DNA of 14,356 nt from positions 1 through 14,356 of the forward strand of contig JAYENL010000263.1 of the NCBI GenBank assembly GCA_034722055.1. The letters are read 5' to 3'. How positions within the stretch are numbered: the stretch's first letter is position 1; each line of letters opens with the position of its first letter. Origin of the DNA: Armatimonadota bacterium (GTDB lineage: Bacteria > Armatimonadota > Zipacnadia > Zipacnadales > UBA5352). Below, one piece after another: positions 7,672 through 14,356 of the stretch. Under the pieces are notes generated by a model that saw only the letters and a program-made list of their open reading frames with translations, did no database searches and was not told where the DNA came from. A program made the position numbers and the translations under genes.

Positions 7672-9785
7672 GTCTCAGTCCCGTCCTGGCGGCCGAACTG
7701 GCGGAGGTCGCGGCGGAGATCGGCGATGAGGCGCCTGGCCTCCGCGCGCACCTGCCGGACCTGCTGATCGTCGGGGTCCTGCCGGCCGTAGCGCTGGTTG
7801 TAGAAGCGCTCCGTGAATTGCTCGAGTCGTTGGTGGACCCGGGGGCTGGCGGCCAGGCCGGCGTCGGCCAGCTCCCGCTGCACTTCAGCGGGCGTCCGCC
7901 AGCGCTCGGGGCGGATGCCCGCCAGCCTCGCGGCCCTTCGGCGGAACCACTCGAAGACCTCCCCCATGCGCTGGCGGGAGGACTTGCGCCTGGTGCGTCC
8001 CCGCAGCCAGCGCAGCAGCACGCCCGGGCCGAGCACGGCGCTGGCCAGGGCCAGGACGGCTGCGATGACCAGCGCCGCCGTCCAGACCCTCTCGAGGATC
8101 TGCCCCGCGCGGTAGCGCCACTGTGCGCTCTGCAGCAGCGCCCAGAGGCTCTCGGCCTCGGAGCGCTCAGCGACCACGTCGAACGGGACCCACCCGATGG
8201 TGGGGAAGTAAACCTCGGCCCAGGCGTGGGCGTCGCGCTGGCGGGCGACGTAGGCCTGCTGCTCGGGATCCCAGTCGCCGGTCTGGAAGCCGGTGGCGAT
8301 GCGGGCGGGGACGCCTGCGAGGCGGCACATGACGGCCAGGGAGGTGGCGAAGAGGTCGCAGGCGCCGCGCCGGCCGCGAGTGACGAAGTGGGCGGCGACA
8401 TCGCTGCCGTGGGGGACGCGGGGCGCCCGCAGGGTGTAGACGCAGGAGCTGCCCAGGAAGTCGCGGATGGCGATGACCTTGTCGTAGGGGGTCTGAGCCT
8501 CGGCGGTGATCTCCTCCACGAGCGGCGCCAAGGCCGCCTCGGCCTGCACCTGCATCTGGTCGATGTAGGTGCGGCGGATGAACCGGGAGTAGTCGGTGGG
8601 AGTGGCCCGCAGGACCTGGGGGTCGGTGGGGGGCATGATGGAGATGACCTCGAACTCCGACCCGGGAGCCGTAGTGAAATCGGTGTGAAGCGCGCCGTAG
8701 GAGTCCAGCTCGGGCCTGTAGTCCATGCGGGTGCGCTGCCAGCCGCGCTCGGTAATGCGCGCCCTGGCGGGTCTGGCGGCGGCATAGACGACCTTGCTCT
8801 CGGTGGTGAGCATGGTGACGATCTGGCGGTTGGGCTCGCCGGCCCACCGCTGCCAGCCGGGCACCTCCAGCCACCCGTCCTCGGTCTCGGCCAGCCTGGC
8901 GGTGCCCCGAAGCTCGCGGGTCCAGCCGGAGCCGGTGTAGCGGTCGTAGACCGCGCCGCGCCACAGTGCGGGCCTGTCGGAGCGGACCCTGATGGCGGGG
9001 GTGGGGGGCAGATTCACCGGGCCCTGGCCGACAAGGAAGGTGTTGAAGACGCCACCGTAGGCCAGCAGCGAGCGCTGCACCCAGTGGGCGTAGCGAGCCA
9101 CGTTCACCGGGCCGACATACAGGCGGGGGCCGATGAAGTGCAGACCGGTGCCCACAGCGATGCCCAGCGCCAGCAGCACCGCCACCAGCATGGTGCCGGC
9201 CAGGGCCTGGGTGCGGGCGATCCCCAGCCAGTCGCCGGTGTGCTGTCCACCGCCCATCTCCGCGCGCTCGCTGACGTTCAGCAGATGCTCATATCCCCAG
9301 ATGAAGATGACGGCAAAGATGAAGATGCCGAAGTCCACGAGCATGACGGTGTTGAGATTGACCATACCCGTGAGAGCAAAGCTGGACAGAGCGGCCACGA
9401 GTGGGAAGAGGATGTTCTGCCGCCGGGCAAGCATGAAGCAGAAGCCCACCATCATCCAGGCCAGCAGGGTGGCGATGGTGAGGTCCTCGTCGGCGATGAC
9501 CTCGGAGGGGAAGAGGATCTCCACCAGCGGGATCGGCGCCATGCGCTGGGCGATGGCCGCCACGGCGACGGCGATGACCACGATGCCCACGATGGTGCTG
9601 GAGAGCCCGCGGCTGCCCAGGAGGGCGCTGGTGAGGACGCCGACGATGATCGCTGCGTGCAGCAGCAGTTCGAAGGCCGGCTCCTCCACGGCGCCGGTGA
9701 GCCCGGCGGCGGCGGCGCTGCAGGCCACAGCGCCGGCCAACAGCAGCGGTCCCACTCGCCTGAGATAGCCCTGCTCAGCCGCCAC
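7668..9785 (-). CDS. Membrane-anchored transglutaminase-like protein (TgpA/DUF3488-type N-terminus, DUF4129-like C-terminus)
   Basis: N-terminal multi-TM region, LWRGAVYDRYTGSGW motif, catalytic triad motifs GACDLFA (Cys), DAHAWAEVY (His) and WVPFD (Asp), then a TM helix and a C-terminal TPAE...YG domain. Confidence 0.9.
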   Translation of the reverse strand: MAAEQGYLRRVGPLLLAGAVACSAAAAGLTGAVEEPAFELLLHAAIIVGVLTSALLGSRGLSSTIVGIVVIAVAVAAIAQRMAPIPLVEILFPSEVIADEDLTIATLLAWMMVGFCFMLARRQNILFPLVAALSSFALTGMVNLNTVMLVDFGIFIFAVIFIWGYEHLLNVSERAEMGGGQHTGDWLGIARTQALAGTMLVAVLLALGIAVGTGLHFIGPRLYVGPVNVARYAHWVQRSLLAYGGVFNTFLVGQGPVNLPPTPAIRVRSDRPALWRGAVYDRYTGSGWTRELRGTARLAETEDGWLEVPGWQRWAGEPNRQIVTMLTTESKVVYAAARPARARITERGWQRTRMDYRPELDSYGALHTDFTTAPGSEFEVISIMPPTDPQVLRATPTDYSRFIRRTYIDQMQVQAEAALAPLVEEITAEAQTPYDKVIAIRDFLGSSCVYTLRAPRVPHGSDVAAHFVTRGRRGACDLFATSLAVMCRLAGVPARIATGFQTGDWDPEQQAYVARQRDAHAWAEVYFPTIGWVPFDVVAERSEAESLWALLQSAQWRYRAGQILERVWTAALVIAAVLALASAVLGPGVLLRWLRGRTRRKSSRQRMGEVFEWFRRRAARLAGIRPERWRTPAEVQRELADAGLAASPRVHQRLEQFTERFYNQRYGRQDPDDQQVRQVRAEARRLIADLRRDLRQFGRQDGTET

Positions 9786-11001
9786 GCCCCACCCTCCTCA
9801 TGGCCACGGCCAGCTCGCCGCTGGACTCCAGCAGCCAGGTGTCGGCGCCGCGGTCGGCCAGCCGGGCCGCCAGCTCCCGAGGCTGCGTGCGATCGGCCCG
9901 CAGGCGGGCGTCGCCAGGCACCTCCACGACCATCCAGGAGACTATGTACCCGCGGTCGCGCAGACCGGTGACGACCCTCAGAGGCTCGCCGTCGAGCCGG
10001 GGTGAGATGATGATGACCATGCCGCCGGCCGGAAGGTAGGGGAGATGCTCGGCGATGACCTCCGCCACCGACTGGCGGCCGTCGGCGCGGGCCCGGGCCA
10101 GGGCGTCGAAAAGACGGACGCGCTGGCGGGGGTCGGCGGAGGGCGGGACGCTGCAGTCCTGCCCGCCGGCCGCCACCAGCCCCACGCTGCTGCCGCGCTC
10201 GAGGAGCTGGGCGGCCACGGAGGCAGCCAGCTTCACGGCGCGCTCCACGGTGGCGTCAGCGCCCTCGCCGCGATGATGGGCCCGCTGCAGGTCCAGGATC
10301 ATGGTGGCGTCAATGGCCTCGGCCCGCTCATACTGCCGCACGATGAGCTGCCCGCGGCGGGCCGTGGCCTTCCAGTCCACCCGCCGCAGGTCGTCGCCGG
10401 CCACGAAGGGGCGGGTCCCGTAGAACTCGGTGCCCTCGTCGCGGAAGCGCCGCCTGGGCTGCTGGGGCGCCCGCAGCGACATGGCGCGATCCCACACCGG
10501 CGGGATGCGCTCGGGACTGGGATGCACCACCAGCTCATCGGGCTCCCCGGCCTCGCGGCGGAATCTGTACATGCCGATGAGGTCGGAGTGCTCCATGAGC
10601 GCCGGCCCCACCTCGTAGACTCCCCGGCGCCGGGCGCGAAGGGCGTACTCCACGGTGAACTGCTCGTCCGCGGCGAGGCTGGGCACCAGCGTGCTGCCCT
10701 CGCCGATGGCCTCCAGGCCGTCGGGGAGCCTGTCGCGGACGGTGAAGAAGTACCGCCGCCGCACGCCCTCATTGGCGACCGTCAGACGCACCCGCCGCTG
10801 CTGGCCCTCCTTCATCAGCCCCGGGGCCTCCCGGCGCACCGACAGGGCACTGAGCGTGCCGCGGGAGAGATACCACGAGACCGGCGCCAGCAGGGCCAGC
10901 ACCGCAAACATGATGTAAAGCTGTCTGATGGCCAGCACCAGGCCCACCAGCAGCAGGAAGATCGAGCCGGCTATGAGCACGTGCTTCTTCGCGAATTCCA
11001 T
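9775..11001 (-). CDS. DUF58 domain protein (MoxR-associated, vWA-like C-terminus)
   Basis: EFYGTRPFVAGDDLRRVDWKATAR...VRQYE signature and two N-terminal TM helices. Overlaps the transglutaminase start by 11 bp. ATG 11001 is preferred over GTG 11010, which lies inside the heptamer repeat. Confidence 0.9.
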   Translation of the reverse strand: MEFAKKHVLIAGSIFLLLVGLVLAIRQLYIMFAVLALLAPVSWYLSRGTLSALSVRREAPGLMKEGQQRRVRLTVANEGVRRRYFFTVRDRLPDGLEAIGEGSTLVPSLAADEQFTVEYALRARRRGVYEVGPALMEHSDLIGMYRFRREAGEPDELVVHPSPERIPPVWDRAMSLRAPQQPRRRFRDEGTEFYGTRPFVAGDDLRRVDWKATARRGQLIVRQYERAEAIDATMILDLQRAHHRGEGADATVERAVKLAASVAAQLLERGSSVGLVAAGGQDCSVPPSADPRQRVRLFDALARARADGRQSVAEVIAEHLPYLPAGGMVIIISPRLDGEPLRVVTGLRDRGYIVSWMVVEVPGDARLRADRTQPRELAARLADRGADTWLLESSGELAVAMRRVGRGG

Positions 11002-11003
11002 GG

Positions 11004-11052
11004 TCAGCACTCAGCACTCAGCACTCAGCAATCAGCAACGAGCTACAAGCTC
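11004..11052. repeat. Heptamer tandem array (TCAGCAC x3, TCAGCAA x2, CGAGCTA, CAAGCTC)
   Basis: Directly readable 7-bp period. Shares AGCTACAAGCT (11041-11051) with the array at 13917-13965. Confidence 0.85.
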
Positions 11053-11142
11053 AACGGCAGCAACGACAATCAAGGCGACGGCGAGGACGACGACGGCAAC
11101 GACGCGAACACCGACGGCCACGGCAACAACGAAAGCAACGAT
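11053..11142. repeat. Low-complexity AAC/GAC/GGC triplet tract
   Basis: aac ggc agc aac gac aat caa ggc gac ggc gag gac gac gac ggc aac gac ...; almost no T on the + strand. Confidence 0.65.
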
Positions 11143-11187
11143 CGGCCAGGCTACCCACGACGGGTTCGCGGCAGCGGACCGGCGGCT

Positions 11188-11204
11188 GGAGGCAGGGCGC
11201 CTCC
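11188..11204. repeat. Short hairpin GGAGGC-AGGGC-GCCTCC downstream of DUF4276
   Basis: Perfect 6-bp stem without a U-tract; REP-like or pause hairpin. Confidence 0.35.
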
Positions 11205-11234
11205 TCGGCTGGCCTTGCGTGTCGCCCCCGGCCG

Positions 11235-11885
11235 CTATTCTGCGAGCGCGATGAGCTTCGCCACCCAGCCATCGAAGTGCGGGCATCTTTCCCTCATCCG
11301 CTCGATGCCGATCTCCGCCGCGATCAGCGGTCCATCGACAGTCTTCGAGTATCTCGGGATGCAAGAATGTATCCGCGCCGACGGATGCGTGTCGCGGCCG
11401 TCGTTGATCAGTTCCGGATTGCTGGCCTCATCGACTATGGCCTCCAACTCGGCGATGGCTTCTGTGTCTGGATGCCGCGCCGCAAACTTGCTTGTATCCA
11501 CGAAGAGCAGTGCCTCGAACTCGTGGAGCTGGATGTGCGGGATGAACCGGCGGTCGCCGATATCCTCCCGGAAGGCATCCTCCATCACGCGCACGCGACC
11601 GAGCGGATCGGGTTGCGCTGCGGCCAGTTCCCGGCCCGGCCAGTCGTCGGGCAGTCCGTAGAGGTCGAACATCGTCGTGAACCGCGCATCGGACTCCTGG
11701 CGCATCCAGCGCACGATGTCCTGCCTGGCCCTCGGGTAGCTGACCAGTCCGCCCCGCGATGCTCGCGAAGTGGCGACTGAGCGAGCGAAGATGAAGACGC
11801 GGCGCTCGCCGAGATATGGTGCCAGGGTGTTGCGGATAAAGGCCTCCTCAGTCTGCCCCTCGACGGTGATGTTCAGGCGGACCAC
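11235..11885 (-). CDS. DUF4276 family protein (TOPRIM-like, putative nuclease partner of the ABC ATPase)
   Basis: N-terminal VEGQTEE, then TTMFDLYGLP, QLHEFEALLF, PELIND..THPSARI and YSKTVDG..IA..IG...R..CPHF..W. GGGAGG lies 7 nt before the GTG, inside the end of the ATPase gene. Confidence 0.88.
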   Translation of the reverse strand: MVRLNITVEGQTEEAFIRNTLAPYLGERRVFIFARSVATSRASRGGLVSYPRARQDIVRWMRQESDARFTTMFDLYGLPDDWPGRELAAAQPDPLGRVRVMEDAFREDIGDRRFIPHIQLHEFEALLFVDTSKFAARHPDTEAIAELEAIVDEASNPELINDGRDTHPSARIHSCIPRYSKTVDGPLIAAEIGIERMRERCPHFDGWVAKLIALAE

Positions 11886-11886
11886 C

Positions 11887-12888
11887 TCAGGGCCTCCCGC
11901 CGATCACGTTCTTCTGCCACAGCTCGCCCAGCGAGTAATCCTCCAGCCACTCCGACAGCTCGTCCTCCGACAGCCGGCGGAACAGGGAGCATCCCTGCTC
12001 ATCCCGCTCCACCACCACGACATCCTGCGGCTGAAAGTGGTCAACCAGAAGGGGCGACTGGGTGGCTACGATCACCTGACAGACACGGGAGACCGACCGC
12101 AGCAGATCGGCGACCATCGTGAGGACGTAGGGGTGCAAGCCGAGCTCTGGTTCGTCGATGATCATCAGCGATGGCAGTCGGTCCTCCGGCTGCAGCAGGA
12201 GGGTGAGCAGCGAGACGGTCCGCAGGCTGCCGTCGGAGAGCTGATGTGGGCCGAACAGAACGTCTCGACCGCGCTCTCGCCAGTTGAGCATGATCCTGGT
12301 GGGGTCGAGCTCCCGTGGCTCCAGCACGAACTCGCCGAAGAAAGGCGCCGCCTGTCGGAAGGCCGAGATGATACGAGCGTAGTACCGGGGCTCCCGCGCC
12401 TTCAGCATGTACAGATATGCCGCCAGGTTCCCGGCATCGGGTGCAAGCTCTCTGTTGTCCTCGACGTACTGCGACTGGCGGATGGGTGCGTTCGCGGCCG
12501 TGTCGTGGAAGTGGTAGGTGCGCCAACCCGCCCAGAACGTCGGGTACCACTCCCGCCACGCCTCAACGGGCCACAATGTGTTGTCTTCGCTGTAATCGAG
12601 TGTCACGTGCGAGGTCGACTGCGTGCCCTCGGTCCCCGTTTCGATCTCAGCGACTATCTCCTGAGTCGTCTTGGGTCCGAAGTGCAGGAGCTTGTCCGCC
12701 CCGCCAGACCGGCCGACGAAGCCATGCAGATCGCCCTGCGCCATTGCGCTCATCATGTGCAGGAACGAGACTAGGTTCGACTTGCCTGCGCCGTTTGCGC
12801 CGATAAGCACGGTCAGGGGGGCGAGATCGATGGTTGCGTCTCGGATGGACTTGAAACCCTCGATGTGAACTCGCTTGAGCATGTCCAT
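11887..12888 (-). CDS. ABC-superfamily ATPase (AAA_21/AAA_15-like, predicted ATPase)
   Basis: IEGFKSI, Walker A GANGAGKS, YHFHDT, signature LSDGS, Walker B/D-loop IIDEPELGLHP, switch ATQS and tail LGELWQKNVIGGRP. Start uncertain (12903, 12897, 12888 or 12882); 12888 has GGAG 9 nt upstream. Confidence 0.88.
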   Translation of the reverse strand: MDMLKRVHIEGFKSIRDATIDLAPLTVLIGANGAGKSNLVSFLHMMSAMAQGDLHGFVGRSGGADKLLHFGPKTTQEIVAEIETGTEGTQSTSHVTLDYSEDNTLWPVEAWREWYPTFWAGWRTYHFHDTAANAPIRQSQYVEDNRELAPDAGNLAAYLYMLKAREPRYYARIISAFRQAAPFFGEFVLEPRELDPTRIMLNWRERGRDVLFGPHQLSDGSLRTVSLLTLLLQPEDRLPSLMIIDEPELGLHPYVLTMVADLLRSVSRVCQVIVATQSPLLVDHFQPQDVVVVERDEQGCSLFRRLSEDELSEWLEDYSLGELWQKNVIGGRP

Positions 12889-12933
12889 CTGGCGCATCTC
12901 CACTCGTCGCCGTTCATTCGCACTGGCCCACGT

Positions 12934-13878
12934 TCAGGCCGTGGGCGCGGGCACGCTGCGCAGGACCTCGTTGATGACCTTCTGCGCCTGCAGACCGTGA
13001 ATGCTCTGCTCGGACTTGACGATGAGCCTGTGGGCCAGCGCAGGCACTGCCACGCGCCTGATATCATCTGGCTGCACGTAGTCGCGGCCCCGGATGGCCG
13101 CGAGGGCCTGGGAGCAGCGCATCAAAGCCAGCGCCCCCCGGGGGCTGGCCCCCAGGTCCAGGTCGGGGTGCTCCCGGGTCCGGCCCACGATGGTCACGAT
13201 GTACTGCTTCAGGGACTCCTCGAGGAAGACGTCGCGCACCGCCGTCTGAAGATGCTCGGCGGTGCCCTCCTCGATGACGGGCGTGACGTCCTCGATGGGA
13301 TGCACCTTTATCTGGCGGGTGAGGATTTCCACCTCATCCTCGGCGCCGGGATAACCCAGCGACACGCGCATCATGAAGCGGTCGAGCTGCGCCTCCGGCA
13401 GCGAGTAGGTGCCCTCGTACTCGATGGGGTTCTCGGTGGCCATGACGAAGAAGGGCCGCGGCAGCTCGTAGGTGACGCCGTCGGCGGTGACCTGGAACTC
13501 CTCCATGGCCTCCAGCAGCGCGGCCTGGGACTTGGGGGTGGCGCGGTTGATCTCGTCGGCCAGCACGACGTTCGCGAAGACCGGCCCCTCGCGGAAGATG
13601 AAGCAGTTCTCCATCTGGTTGAAGACCGAGCTGCCGGTGACGTCGGCGGGCAGCAGGTCGGGCGTGAACTGCACGCGCTTGAAGGAGCCGCCGACAGACT
13701 TGGCCAGCGTCTTGGCCAGCATGGTCTTGCCCACGCCGGGGATGTCCTCGATGAGGATGTGGCCGCCGGAGAGGAAGCCCGCGACGGTCAGCTCCACCGC
13801 CTCGTGCTTGCCCACGATGACGGTCTCGATGGAGTCGATGATCTTCTGCGCGCTCTCAGTGACGTGAGCGGGCTCCAT
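12934..13878 (-). CDS. moxR: MoxR family AAA+ ATPase (MoxR-proper type)
   Basis: GHILIEDIPGVGKT, RVQFTPDLLPADVTG, LADEINRATPKSQAALLEAM, ATENPIEYEGTYSLPEAQLDRF and GASPRG. ATG 13878 is preceded by GGAGGG; the ORF track's GTG 13890 is the alternative. Confidence 0.93.
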   Translation of the reverse strand: MEPAHVTESAQKIIDSIETVIVGKHEAVELTVAGFLSGGHILIEDIPGVGKTMLAKTLAKSVGGSFKRVQFTPDLLPADVTGSSVFNQMENCFIFREGPVFANVVLADEINRATPKSQAALLEAMEEFQVTADGVTYELPRPFFVMATENPIEYEGTYSLPEAQLDRFMMRVSLGYPGAEDEVEILTRQIKVHPIEDVTPVIEEGTAEHLQTAVRDVFLEESLKQYIVTIVGRTREHPDLDLGASPRGALALMRCSQALAAIRGRDYVQPDDIRRVAVPALAHRLIVKSEQSIHGLQAQKVINEVLRSVPAPTA

Positions 13879-13916
13879 ATGTCCCTCCACACCGGCGGCG
13901 AGTTCCAGGCGTGTGC

Positions 13917-13965
13917 GGCTGCCGGCTGCCAGCTACAAGCTGCGAGCTACGAGCTACGACTAACG
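13917..13965. repeat. Heptamer tandem array (GGCTGCC x2, AGCTACA, AGCTGCG, AGCTACG x2, ACTAACG)
   Basis: Seven degenerate 7-bp units upstream of moxR. Confidence 0.8.
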
Positions 13966-13970
13966 ACATG

Positions 13971-14066
13971 AACGGCGGGCGGCGCGGGCACGCCGCGCCT
14001 CCGCAGAGCAATAGGGCATCAACGGCGGGCCGGACAGTCGTCCGGCCCCTCCATACGGCGAACGAC
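13971..14066. repeat. 96-bp direct repeat copy 1 (two tandem GGAG-tagged hairpins)
   Basis: Matches 14261-14356 at 91 of 96 positions by manual comparison. Confidence 0.9.
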
Positions 14067-14090
14067 CGTGGCATTGCCGTCGTGTCGTAC

Positions 14091-14122
14091 GGAGCGGCGG
14101 GCTGCCCAGCCCGCCTGTTGTT
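14091..14122 (+). repeat. GGAG-tagged 32-nt REP-like hairpin in opposite orientation
   Basis: (GTAC)GGAG-C-GGCGGGCT-GCCC-AGCCCGCC-TGTTGTT. Perfect stem; head-to-head with the 14021-14052 unit. Confidence 0.7.
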
Positions 14123-14260
14123 GGCCTATGCCGGCGGGTTGGGCCGGCCTCCTGGAGACGCTTGCGCGTCTCTTCCGCGGCCATAGCGCCGCCTCCGGGT
14201 GCGTCCACCCGGCGTGTTCCCCCGCCGGACGGCAGGGAAACAACGACGGACAACGGCGTC

Positions 14261-14356
14261 AAAGGCGGGCGGCGCAGGTGCGCCGCGCCTCCGCAGAGCA
14301 ATAGGGCATCAACGGCGGGCCGGACAGTGGTCCGGCCCCTCCATACGGCGAACGAC
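14261..14356. repeat. 96-bp direct repeat copy 2 (runs to window end)
   Basis: Second copy of 13971-14066, offset 290 bp. Confidence 0.9.

Noticed and set aside
11053..11142. DGR template repeat (AAC-rich tract)
   Set aside because: I found no matching variable repeat with A-specific mismatches and no reverse transcriptase in the window; similar short tracts occur in other gaps.
11032..11364. 110-aa ORF with hydrophobic VAVAVGV tail
   Set aside because: The hydrophobic stretch is the reverse reading of the AAC/GAC/GGC tract, and the ORF overlaps DUF4276 out of frame.
12904..12936. Target-site duplication or att site for the ATPase-DUF4276 insertion (CGTTCA at 12911 and 12931)
   Set aside because: Both copies lie on the same side of the module and I saw no matching copy near 11002-11234; 6 bp is within chance.
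256..13971. Long plus-strand ORFs (256-2208, 2087-4039, 6595-7665, 7653-9971, 10045-11661, 11770-12774, 12865-13971)
   Set aside because: They are antisense shadows of well-supported minus-strand genes, expected in high-GC DNA, and show no recognisable motifs.
13856..14304. Short ORFs in the right-hand intergenic region
   Set aside because: They run through hairpin and heptamer repeats and give Arg/Pro/Ala-rich, low-information translations.
13971..14356. CRISPR array (32-nt palindromic units)
   Set aside because: Adjacent units differ in sequence, one is inverted, spacing is irregular, the 18-nt linker is itself repeated, and there are no cas genes in the window.

Overview
High-GC bacterial chromosomal segment; lineage not determinable from sequence alone. 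All credible genes are on the minus strand. In transcription order: MoxR AAA+ ATPase, an interposed ABC-type (AAA_21-like) ATPase + DUF4276 (TOPRIM-like) pair, DUF58, a membrane transglutaminase-like protein, holA (DNA Pol III delta), a possible 47-aa membrane peptide, a GT-C-type membrane glycosyltransferase, a DUF3604/CehA-McbA PHP metallohydrolase and a secreted GHL10 glycoside hydrolase-like protein. Two things stand out. (1) The ATPase-DUF4276 pair, a candidate conflict/anti-phage module, splits the usually contiguous moxR-DUF58-transglutaminase operon. (2) All five larger intergenic gaps contain repeats: a family of mostly 32-nt hairpins with fixed ends (GGAG...GYYGTT) but different stems, GTGG-tagged REP doublets, heptamer tandem arrays, AAC/GAC/GGC tracts and a 96-bp direct repeat running off the window end. 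No transposase, integrase, CRISPR array, tRNA or rRNA was seen.
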